This document shows positions 21,927 to 31,949 of a stretch of 64,000 nucleotides of DNA, in pieces. Origin of the DNA: an uncultured Desulfosarcina sp. GTDB taxonomy: Bacteria > Desulfobacterota > Desulfobacteria > Desulfobacterales > Desulfosarcinaceae. The stretch covers positions 800,001-864,000 of the forward strand of contig CAXXWQ010000003.1 of NCBI GenBank assembly GCA_963674945.2, in the 5' to 3' direction. Under the pieces are notes generated by a model, which was not told the DNA's origin, did no database searches, and worked only from the letters and a program-made list of their open reading frames with translations. Position numbers and translations under genes: made by a program. Position 1 is the first letter of the stretch. Each line of letters begins with the position of its first letter.

Positions 21927-22532
21927 CCATTAACCCCTTTTGGAATTACAATTTTCATAGAATTTTGAAATTATACACAATCTCAATTCATTTAAGTTGT
22001 TTCCGAACAATTAACTTGACATTTCAAATATTTATAGTTTATTTCCTTAAACTTCGTTCAGTCAGTTTTACTCGACCATAAATGGCGAGAGACAAAAATA
22101 TGGGCATGACCTAACGCTGAAAAAAAGAAGGCAATGTTGTTAGGAACTTAAACGTATCGCCATCCAGGTTTTAGAAAATTAAACTCATTATTACTTGGAT
22201 TTAAAGGGAGAAACATTAATTCTGAATAATGTCTCAAAAAAGCAAAGAGGTCAAGTAGTTCTCGAAATTCGTGAGCAGTTATATGATGTATTTTGATTAA
22301 AAAAGATAATGTCTATAGAACAAATCATGCTTCTACACCATTATTGGCCTTTTTAGAATAATACCGAAATATCACAGTAAAAACCAACCATAATAAAGAT
22401 ACTTCGACATCTAACAGACGCCTGATCAGACGCCCTTCATGGCAGTCATTTTTTGGTGTCCGCTCCACCCTTCATTTTACAGAAAATTGAGATTTATCAA
22501 TTTCAAAACAACGATTTTGAAAGGAGATAGCT

Positions 22533-22709
22533 ATGTCAAATATCATCAATGCACTCGCAGCTCGAAAAAACGTCCACCCTTCATTCTTGGAATACATTGG
22601 CACCATGGATGAAACTAAAACGATCGGCGCCAAATTGCATATGTTCAACATTGAAGATCCGCATCATCCCAATTTCCGATCATCCATCGCATATCGTGAA
22701 AATGTGTAA
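22533..22709 (+). CDS. Small hypothetical protein (58 aa, below the ORF-track cutoff)
   Basis: AAGGAG RBS; MSNIINALAARKNVHP...YRENV. Confidence 0.6.
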   Translation: MSNIINALAARKNVHPSFLEYIGTMDETKTIGAKLHMFNIEDPHHPNFRSSIAYRENV

Positions 22710-22777
22710 TTGACAGCGATCCTAAAATATGCGATCACTTTCACACTAACGAATTACACTCATCCCGAAAGGTTATA

Positions 22778-22978
22778 ATGATGCCGACCGTATCCGTCAA
22801 AAAAAGTCTCAAAAAAGGTAATTTCTGGAATGTGATCCTTAATGAAAAAACAGATTCACCTATCTGCGTCGAAAGCGACCTGCCCTATGCACAAGCCTAC
22901 AAAGCAAAATTGGATATTGAAAAACGAATTGCAGCAAATCATCTGCCAATTCCCCGGCGACCATTGATTATGATTTGA
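22778..22978 (+). CDS. Small hypothetical protein
   Basis: 66-aa ORF co-oriented with neighbours. Confidence 0.5.
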   Translation: MMPTVSVKKSLKKGNFWNVILNEKTDSPICVESDLPYAQAYKAKLDIEKRIAANHLPIPRRPLIMI

Positions 22979-23539
22979 AATTTTTTATCCTCAAGTCATT
23001 GTAATTAATTACACCCTGATCATGGGGGGGGGGTAATACATCGAGACACACATTAATAGGGAGACCAAATGTTTACCGATAATCCCGATTTCTATCCGAC
23101 GCCAAAACATTTATTTGAAAAAATGTGGGCCAAGCTGCCGAAAAAAATAAAGATGGATGCCAGCTACTGGCTTGATCCGGAAGCCGGCCAAGGCCATATC
23201 ATCGAGTACATAAAGGAAAAATTCAGTCATTACCACCAACCGACGATCCACGCGATCGAGAAAGATCCGCGTTTCGTTGCGATCCTGAAGGACAAAAATA
23301 TCCCCGTTATCGATCGTGATTTTCTGACCTACAGCGGGCCGGACAAATACGACGTTATCATGGCGAATCCGCCTTTTAGCATGGGCGAACATCATCTCCT
23401 GAAGATGATCGACATCCTGTATTCCGGCCACATCGTTTGTCTGTTGAATGCCGAAACAATCCGGAACCCCTGCACCAACGTACGCAAATCCCTGGTTCGG
23501 AAATTGGCCATTATGGAGGCCGACATCGAATATCATCAT

Positions 23540-25195
23540 CCTGTTTCCGTGGCACAAAACCTGATTAAAACACTATAACCAATTGATAAAACATATATAT
23601 TATGGTAATATTAGGGCACTAAACGCTCACTTCGGAGGTGAAATCAATGCGGCGTCCGATCACCATAAAACACGAGATGGAAAAACTTGCCAGTCATAGC
23701 GGATTGATCAATATCGGCGCATTACTTGATGCGATAAATTTCAGGTTCCGTTTCGAAAAGATCAACGGCGTCCATTGTGTAGACCCGAAAATTTCTCATG
23801 GTGACATTTTAGCTTCGATGATTGCTCTCATGAGTATTGGTAAACCTGATTACGATGCGATCGAGATTTTTCGTGAGAAGCAAGAATTTTTCAACAAGGC
23901 CATTGGCAATCGTGCATGCCCGTCAAGCCCGACATTGCGTCAGCGAATCGATTTGATCGGCAACCAAGCCGATAAGCTGATTAAGGATGCAGGCGTTGAT
24001 TTGGTTCGATCCTGCGCTCCGGCGATTTCACCCATCCAAACCAGTGCGGGTGATTTCCTTCCTTTGGATATGGATGTGAGTCCGTTTGACAACTCAAAGA
24101 CTCAAAAGGAAGGCGTTTCCAGAACCTACAAAGGCACGGATGGCTTCGCTCCGATCTTTGCCTACCTGGGCACCGAGGGGTATCTGGTGAATCTTGAGTT
24201 CAGAGAAGGAAAACAACACTGCCAGAAAAACACCCCCGAATTTATCAACGCCACCTTGGATTATGCCAGGCAAATTACCGATCAGCCTATTTTGATGAGG
24301 TTGGATTCAGGAAACGACAGTCAAGACAACTTTCCTGACGATTCACGAAAGAATGTCCACTTTATCATCAAACGCAATTTGCGTAGAGAATCTGTTCAAA
24401 AGTGGGTTGATCTGGCAAAAAAATCCGGCAAGCAACAGCATTGCCGCTCAGGAAAATGTGTATGGATCGGAAAGACGATTGAAGACATCAACGGCAATCC
24501 ATTGCGCTACCCAATCATCTTTGAGGTTACCGAAAGGCATACCAAAAAGGGCCAAGTACTGCTGTTCCCCGAGTATCAGATCGATACCTATTGGTGCAGC
24601 CTCGCACAGTTGCCACCGGATGAGGTGATTCGACTTTATCACGATCACGGTACCAGCGAGCAGTTTCACTCCGAACTCAAATCCGACATGGGCCTGGAGC
24701 GCTTGCCGAGCGGTCATTTTTCCACCAATAGCTTGATTCTTCATTTGGCGATGCTGACGTACAACATGCTACGGATTATCGGACAAATCAGCATCGAAGA
24801 GAGTGATCCGACTGAATTGCCCGGTATACGCCGGAAGAAAGTTACCCGGCGTCGAATCCGGACAGTCATGCAGGACTTGATGTATATGGCCGGTCGATTA
24901 GTAACCAGAAGTAGAAAATGGTACATATCCTTTGGCCAACTCAATCCATTTTCCAAACTGATGGATCGGATTTATCTTCGTCTGAATTTGCTTTCCGCTA
25001 TGAAGTAGCTATAATTTTTAAAAGAACAATTTTACAGGCATTTGCTTGGTGATTTGCTATGGCTAAAGAATGAGAAACAGGAGCAAAATTCCTTCGAAAT
25101 TTGAAAATAGTGAGAAAAATTATCAACAAATGATGGTGTGTGAGGCAATCGCCCCGCGCCAATCCTAACAGCAAAAATTAGGCCACTGATTCAGG
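23540..25195 (+). mobile_element. IS1380-family element
   Basis: Imperfect IRs CCTGTTTCCGTGGC / CCTGAATCAGTGGC, 5-bp TSD ATCAT. Confidence 0.92.
23638..25008 (+). CDS. IS1380-family DDE transposase
   Basis: LDMDVS, RLDSG, YHDHGTSEQFHSELK motifs. Confidence 0.93.
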   Translation: MKSMRRPITIKHEMEKLASHSGLINIGALLDAINFRFRFEKINGVHCVDPKISHGDILASMIALMSIGKPDYDAIEIFREKQEFFNKAIGNRACPSSPTLRQRIDLIGNQADKLIKDAGVDLVRSCAPAISPIQTSAGDFLPLDMDVSPFDNSKTQKEGVSRTYKGTDGFAPIFAYLGTEGYLVNLEFREGKQHCQKNTPEFINATLDYARQITDQPILMRLDSGNDSQDNFPDDSRKNVHFIIKRNLRRESVQKWVDLAKKSGKQQHCRSGKCVWIGKTIEDINGNPLRYPIIFEVTERHTKKGQVLLFPEYQIDTYWCSLAQLPPDEVIRLYHDHGTSEQFHSELKSDMGLERLPSGHFSTNSLILHLAMLTYNMLRIIGQISIEESDPTELPGIRRKKVTRRRIRTVMQDLMYMAGRLVTRSRKWYISFGQLNPFSKLMDRIYLRLNLLSAMK

Positions 25196-26362
25196 ATCAT
25201 CATTGTTTCAAAGAAGCGGAGCGAAAAACGAATGTCGAAATCGCTCTGGTTTATATCCATGTCGATCGCAAGATCGAAGAAGACCTCTTTGGTAATCTTT
25301 CTGAAGCCAAAGACCCGGATGTCGAAGATATCGAAGACCCCAAAGAACTGGTCGAAAAGGATTCAATCCGGAACATCGTGGCAGATTTTAATCGGACGGT
25401 TGAAACCGGCACGCAAGCCCTTTTGAACTATTTCCAGCATCACCGTCATATATCCCGGTATTTGGAACTCTCCGTTATCGGAGCCAAAGGAGAGATCGAC
25501 AAGTCCAACCTTACCCAGCTGATGAAAACCTCCTTGAACCAGTTCCTGATCCAAGTCCGAAAGGAATATTGGTCCAAGCTGCTTGAATTCAGAGTCGTCG
25601 CCAAAAAGATGACATCCAAGCGAATTAAAGAATTTCAAACCATGCTGCAGAAAAACGAGTCAGTAGATTTTACCGAATTCAACATCCGGACGTTCATCAC
25701 CAATCTGATGAAAGATTACGATTCGTTTCTCATTGGGGCCACCGTGGATGTTTTTGACATGCTCACCCATGAATACGCCTACGACGAAGACATCCACAAC
25801 GGAAACGTCCATTATTTTAACGGATGGAAAACGAACAAGGCGTTTTTCTGCAACAAAAAGGTGATCATCCCATTTTGGGGCAGCGCCTTTTGGGATGCTG
25901 ATTGGAAACGATGGCAGGTCCGCTATGACATCAAAGACAAGCTAAACGATATCGACAAGGTTATGAATTCCTTTGATGGAGCCATCGAATATACATCGAT
26001 TGTCAGTGCGCTTAACAAAGCCCTGGACGAAGGACAAAACCACAAAATCAAATCCACATACTTCGAGATCACCGTTTATAAGAAAGGTACGATGCACCTC
26101 ACCTTTCTGGATCCCGACGTTCTGCGGCGCTTCAATATCACAGCCTGCCGTGACAAGAATTGGCTGCCAATGGATTATGGCCAGAAACGGTATAACCGCA
26201 TGACGTCCGAAGAACAAAAGGTCGCCGACGCATTCGAAGGAAAGAAATCATACGAAGCGAACTTTACCTCAGAGCCCAGGTTATTCCGAGGGAAAACCGC
26301 TCTGCAAATCGAACATCTTCAAGAATCTGAAAAAGAAGCTGCTTAAAGAAATCCCCTATATA

Positions 26363-27985
26363 ATGAGGAGAGAGAGCATGACCGTCGTTGAAAGAGTCAA
26401 TTCAAAAATTCGAATCGTTAAATACCCGCCGGCCTTGTACCAGCGCCCATTCATCGTACAGAAAAAGACCGGCCTTCTTTGGTTCAACACACCATCAGCC
26501 ATGAATCCAAAAACATTCGAATCACATCAAGATGCGAAGACATTTGCAAAAAAATTTACCAAGGAGGCATTGTAATTAATTACATTTTCTCTCCTGAAGA
26601 AAGGAAAAGATATGTGTGAAAAATGTTCGATGTTTCAACACTGGAATTTTTGTGCATCATGCGGAGCACCCCTTACTTCAACCAAAATTAAACCCAAAAT
26701 CTTCATCGATTTGTCAGGTGGTCTCGTCCAACAGATCATGGCCACGGAAAATATGGATGTCATCATTATTGACTATGACGATTCCGATGGCATGGACGAG
26801 CATCCGGAACGAACCGTCAAAATTGATGGCGAAGATCCAGCCTATATTTATCGGGGTGCTTCGGTTGATGCCGCACCTGATCGAGTCATCGATCTTCATC
26901 GACAAATCAATACCGCCCTCAAGGAGAAAGAGAACAGCCAATGAAACTGAAACCGTTTCGGGATATCTGCAAGTTAATGGGGTCCTATGAAGAGAAAGCC
27001 TATCCAAAGTTGATTGACGTTTCTGTTCGGCTCAAATTTTTCGTTGCTTGGTTTCGATCTGAACACATTTCATCCCGAAAAACCCCTGAATGGTGCATCC
27101 AACGACGAAGAGAAGGAGGGAGGTACCAACCTTGAATACAATTCAAATCACTCAAAACACCTGGGGGAAAGGAAAACGGGATGATCTCATCTTATTTGAG
27201 TTTGCCCTTTCCTTCGGATTCACAGCTTGGACCAAGAACAAACCGGTTGCCGGCATCCCTTACGATTCCCTTTCTTATAATAAAGGTAACAAATGGATTT
27301 GGTTTTGTCAGAAAGGCTGGGCCTGTGCCGAAATCATCGACGGATATTTCCGCAATCATCGCTACTATTCATCCCTGGTCGATGCTCTTGAAAAGGAAGC
27401 ATGAAAGGAATGCCTATGAAAGACGAATATTTAATTTTCCATCTCGGAATCGGAGAATATATCGATTTCGCCTCCAAAGACAGACCGCCTGAAGAGATTA
27501 TCGTCGAAGCTTATAAGAAACACATTGGTGGTGAAATCCCCAAAATCTCAAAAGGCGCCGTCACCATCGCCTGTGGCGATCTTTGCCTAATAAAATGAAA
27601 GGACTCTTTTATGATCACAGTTGAAATTTTTGACGATGGTTCGGCCATCAAGACTTTCTCCTACGATTTTGGAGAAAATAAAACCCATCCCATGACAGTC
27701 GATCAGGTTCAATACCATCTCAAAACCTCTTGCACAAATAGACCGAATGGCTGCGGCATTTGCATTACCTGCGCCGTCAAAGCCGGTTACCAGGAATGGA
27801 GAGCCAAAAAGATTAGAGACCAGGCCGGTGAATACCTCACCGACATCGATGAAAATGATTTTGTCGTAGCCGTAGATGCCCCGGTCGAATTCGTTGACGG
27901 CGGCGCATGGGTGCAATGTTCTGTATGGATACCAATTAATGATGAAACCGATACTGAAAACCCCAACAAGGAGACAACCGAATGA
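26363..27985 (+). CDS. Run of six small phage-type hypothetical ORFs (26363-26575, 26612-26944, 26941-27135, ~27132-27404, 27401-27598, 27611-27985)
   Basis: Head-to-tail ORFs, several with overlapping stop/start codons and purine-rich RBSs; no family recognised. Confidence 0.65.
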
Positions 27986-28560
27986 GACTCACCAAAGCAA
28001 TCAGGGAATCGATCAAGGACATCGTTATCAACAAGACTTTTGAAAAACGTGAAATCGCATTGGCCAAAAGGAAATCCGAACTATTTCGGCAGATCATCAA
28101 CAGCCTTTTGCCGAAAAATTTTGCCGCGGCCTGTGCCGATAAAAGGAAAACATGGTTCCCGGGAGTTACGAGGATCGAAATTCGTGTTAATGAAGGTGGT
28201 CCCGGTTGGGAAAAATACAGTTTTTCCGGCGACGCGATATTGGTACCATTCTATTTGGTGGACGATTACCCCCATTGGAAGATCGAAAGAAAGTTCGATG
28301 AACTTTCCCCTTCAATCGAAATCAGAACCAAAGTCGCAAAACACCTCCAGACCCAAAAAAAATTGGAATCCGATAAACAACAACTCGAAAAGGAAATTTC
28401 CAAAATTCTCTTGAGCGCCACGACAGTCAAAAAGCTCAAAGAGATCTGGCCGGAAGTCGAGACCTATTACAAGTTCCCCGAACCGACCAAAAATCTCCCC
28501 ATGGTTATCAGCTCCGATGACTTGAATCAGACCATAGAACAAATGGCCAAGGCCGCATGA
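27982..28560 (+). CDS. Nmad5-like (nucleotide-modification-associated domain 5) phage protein
   Basis: MRLTKAIRESI N-terminus and TTVKKLKEIWPE motif. Confidence 0.7.
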   Translation: MRLTKAIRESIKDIVINKTFEKREIALAKRKSELFRQIINSLLPKNFAAACADKRKTWFPGVTRIEIRVNEGGPGWEKYSFSGDAILVPFYLVDDYPHWKIERKFDELSPSIEIRTKVAKHLQTQKKLESDKQQLEKEISKILLSATTVKKLKEIWPEVETYYKFPEPTKNLPMVISSDDLNQTIEQMAKAA

Positions 28561-28573
28561 AAGGAAAAACACC

Positions 28574-29023
28574 ATGATTGATGTCAGAACGAACGAAAAA
28601 CTGATCAAGCATTTTGAGAAACTTTTGATCCAGAAAAAACGGTTGGAAGTACAGATCGTCAATCCATCACCGATCCAATTATATGACAAAATGATGTTGA
28701 CCGGGGAAATCAAGGCAATCGAAAAAGCCTTGGAAATTATCCGGATGCACGACGAACAGAGCCCAATGCAATTCCGACAATTCCGCCTTCACAAATTTGT
28801 TCCAGATTGGAATGGCAAACTCGTCAAATCCATGGGCACCGTCGTCAAATCCATCCATTGGACCACCTCGGAAGCACCACGCCATGAAAGCATGAAAATG
28901 TATGCCAGCAGATTTTGGAAAGGTTATGCCATTCCCCAACGGGACAAGGTGACAAAGATCAGCATCAAAATCGATCGTGGCATCGGAGGTTGTTATATCT
29001 GGAACGTCCAATTCGGTTTTTAA
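28574..29023 (+). CDS. Hypothetical protein
   Basis: 149-aa ORF with AAGGA RBS. Confidence 0.6.
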   Translation: MIDVRTNEKLIKHFEKLLIQKKRLEVQIVNPSPIQLYDKMMLTGEIKAIEKALEIIRMHDEQSPMQFRQFRLHKFVPDWNGKLVKSMGTVVKSIHWTTSEAPRHESMKMYASRFWKGYAIPQRDKVTKISIKIDRGIGGCYIWNVQFGF

Positions 29024-29211
29024 TGTCTTGAATTCTTTGTAATTAATTACTTTTGCAAACAAACTCAACTATTACATAAATCTTACACTTCGATAAAACT
29101 GTTACATGCCCTGCCCTATTCCTCATCCCTGGAAGGGGTGAAAACAGCAAAGTGTTACATGAATGTTACGCTAAAATCATTCTGTTACATGAAGAGAATT
29201 TGGAGGTAAAA

Positions 29212-29658
29212 ATGTCAGAAATTCAGACGTTGTATTCGTGTAAAAGAGCAGTTTTGAGAATCAACGGAGAAACTGGCCACGTAGCGTTGTGGAAGAATCC
29301 CGATTCATTCTATCCCACCCAGCAAATCGAACTGCATTCCGTAGCGATCGAACATTACCCTGAAGATCACACGATCGGCATATATGGAATCCGGACTATC
29401 TATTTCCATAAATCGGACATCGCTAAAAAGCAATCCCTTTTGGATAAAATCTGTTCCAAATACGTCGAAACAAAAACAACCCAAAATCTGTTTCGATGGA
29501 CTCTGCGAAAACAACCCAAATCCCGCAGGGTTTTAATCGAAAGGGATGGTCCCTGGTTCCTGAGTAAAGAACTCCGGGACTTCCGACTAATCATCCAGGA
29601 AAAAATGCTTTCAATCATCGAAGGTGCCAACCCTGCCGACGGCCACCTTTATATATAA
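29212..29658 (+). CDS. Hypothetical protein
   Basis: GGAGG RBS before ATG 29212. Confidence 0.6.
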   Translation: MSEIQTLYSCKRAVLRINGETGHVALWKNPDSFYPTQQIELHSVAIEHYPEDHTIGIYGIRTIYFHKSDIAKKQSLLDKICSKYVETKTTQNLFRWTLRKQPKSRRVLIERDGPWFLSKELRDFRLIIQEKMLSIIEGANPADGHLYI

Positions 29659-29786
29659 GGAGGCAACGGATTTGCCATATATAATACCCTGCTCATGGGG
29701 TTCATACATTGAGACGAAGACGAAAGTAAGATCTGGCAGCTCCGGCCGGCAATCTATACGTTTTGGAAGTGAAAGGAGATGCGATC

Positions 29787-30536
29787 ATGAGACAAGGACA
29801 GATGAATTTCAAGACATTTACATTTAAAGCACAAAGTTCATTGCATGCACAAAAGGCAGTTCAAATGCTCATACAGGAAAGTTGCTGGTTTGAATGCGAA
29901 CCTCAACCAAACGACGTATGGCAATTTTGGATCAAAACCGATCGTGTTGATATCATAAATAAATTGGACTTTTAATAAAGGAGAAAGCCAATGGGCTGTA
30001 AAATTTCCGAACTACTCGAATGGGATGACGGCGAAGCTATCGCCGAACTGAGCGATGTTCTTTGCCAGCTTGATAAACTCTTGACGACATCTGAAAAGGA
30101 AGATTGGATCAAATCTTTTATTGAAGATCTCACCGATAAAGCAGCAAAAGTGAACCTGTTGGACAACTCAATATACATTAAGAATTATCGTGAAGATTGG
30201 GAAGATGAAGTAATCGCCATGGCCCGGGCCGCTGCCGCAATGCGGAAAGCCCATGACACCGAAGATGGTTGGGGAGAACACCCGGATTGGCCGATGTCCG
30301 AATGGGCCCGGGAAGCCGACAGCTTAGACACACGCCTCGGCTATTGGGAATGGGTTCTTCATAAAATGGCGGGAGAATAGACGATGCAAATTCCAGATAA
30401 AATAAAGATGATGCTCGATATATATCGAGAAAAGAAAGCCAAAGCAGATGAAAGTAACGATCATGCAAATGGTTTGCGCTATGAAGGCGCCCTCATTGTA
30501 TTAGAAGCGCTTGAGATCTATATGAAAGAATCTTAA
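29787..30536 (+). CDS. Three small hypothetical ORFs (29787-29975, 29991-30380, 30384-30536)
   Basis: Co-oriented, AGGAG/GGGAG RBSs, tight spacing. Confidence 0.6.
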
Positions 30537-30617
30537 TCATGGATGGCAATTTACCATTACCGGCGAACTAACAAGAATTTGCATTTGAAGAACAATTTTT
30601 TGGATGAAGGATACCAT

Positions 30618-30968
30618 ATGAACTTTAAATCAGATTGGATAGATTCAATTCCACCAGGCATTGAAGCCCGCGGGCGCAATGGCTTTTTCCAACTGGCTCG
30701 TATTCATGTATCAATCAGTGCGGTAAGAGGGCGGGTAGCTTTTTACAGTTCCCGGATCGGCGACGCCCCTCCCATGCTACTGACCAGTGAGAACCCCGAA
30801 AATCTTCGCGCAATCCTTCGACAAGTCCTGGAAAAGCTCGATGATACCATTGACATCAACGACACGAAGAAACCTGCCGCTGGCCCTCTCACTCCAGGCC
30901 GCCCACCTTGTCGTGGATCGTTGGAGGAAAAATGTGACTTGGCCGCAACTGAAAAACTGAGACAATGA
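30618..30968 (+). CDS. Hypothetical protein, probably interrupted near 30856 by the cargo block
   Basis: Possible in-frame continuation at 38420-38527 across a TGACAT direct repeat. Confidence 0.5.
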   Translation: MNFKSDWIDSIPPGIEARGRNGFFQLARIHVSISAVRGRVAFYSSRIGDAPPMLLTSENPENLRAILRQVLEKLDDTIDINDTKKPAAGPLTPGRPPCRGSLEEKCDLAATEKLRQ

Positions 30969-31075
30969 TCATCCTACAATCTGCTGGTAGATATTTGTTC
31001 CATATTCGTAATTTAACTATGGGGAGTTCGAAACCTCTTGGAACACTGGAAATTGAAAATTTGCTATTGTTCGGC

Positions 31076-31525
31076 CTATGGCAAATCCCGATCCTCTGAC
31101 GTTAAGAAAAAGGATTTAACCTTCGCAACTATTTGGTTTTCGGTCAACCGATCGGAAGCTTCGACTGGTACAATCCTGTCATGCTGGCCTTTTATTTTCT
31201 TCATCTCTTTTACCAGTTCAAGTTTCGCCTCACCAGGACCAAAAATAAAAATACTGTCAGCCTTGCCGGCCTTTTCAATTACCATCTGATAGAAGCTATG
31301 ATACTGGTGTTTGAGGCGCTCTTCCGCTTTTTGCTCTCTTGATACGGACTGAGCCACGGAAGTGCTACCCGCTTTCCGTCCCCCTGATGGTCGATAGTGG
31401 CTTTCGGCGTTTGACTCGATACGCCCAACTGTTGTCTGGTCGCCTTCTATCGCAACTAAAATTGCCTCTCTGTGATCAATCCAGATACCAATTTTTTTTC
31501 TTAAATCCTTCTTTAATTTATCCAT
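31076..31525 (-). CDS. Host-attachment / baeRF-like protein
   Basis: IGIWIDHREA, IFIFGPGEAKLEL, DRLTENQIVAKVK motifs. Confidence 0.7.
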   Translation of the reverse strand: MDKLKKDLRKKIGIWIDHREAILVAIEGDQTTVGRIESNAESHYRPSGGRKAGSTSVAQSVSREQKAEERLKHQYHSFYQMVIEKAGKADSIFIFGPGEAKLELVKEMKKIKGQHDRIVPVEASDRLTENQIVAKVKSFFLTSEDRDLP

Positions 31526-31657
31526 ATTTACCCCTTTGTTTTTTTGATGAGTTGTGCTGGCAATATGTGAAAATACGCAAAAAGTGCGCCATGTCCTGAA
31601 TCGCATCATGGATCCACCCATTGGAGCATAGTCTAAGACAACTATTAATAACTTAGA

Positions 31658-31802
31658 TAGTTCCCATCCAGAAATGGCCAATTTTCCCGATTTCTTTGTT
31701 GCGCGAAAAATTTTTTCCTCGGAATATCAACCATATACCTATGGTAAAATTTTTCGCGCGCCTTGATCTCGAACAAATTTTCCTATTTCTGGATAGACAC
31801 TA
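31658..31802. repeat. MITE-like nested inverted repeat
   Basis: Outer IR ATCCAGAAAT/ATTTCTGGAT with TAGT...ACTA ends; inner IR GCGCGAAAAATTTT/AAAATTTTTCGCGC. Confidence 0.7.
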
Positions 31803-31949
31803 TATAAGATTAAGCCATCAATGCTTTTAAAAAAAATTCACATCTTCCGATTTATTATATTGCTAAAACCTTTAAAACCTGACATAATGATCTTTATATA
31901 TATGATTTTTCTCAAAATAATTCATATCCTGTCCTTATGGATATTATCA

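Larger units (their letters stand above)
23069..26346 (+). pseudogene. DUF4942-domain adenine-methyltransferase-like gene split by IS1380
   Basis: LDPEAGQG and NPPF motifs; removing the IS plus one TSD joins 23069-23539 in frame to 25201-26346 (538 aa), ending in YFEITVYKKGTMHLTF. Confidence 0.88.

Noticed and set aside
31021..31045. GGGGAGTTCGAAACCTC resembling a tRNA T-arm or att remnant
   Set aside because: Stem pairs poorly, there is no acceptor stem or CCA, and it does not match tRNA-Leu
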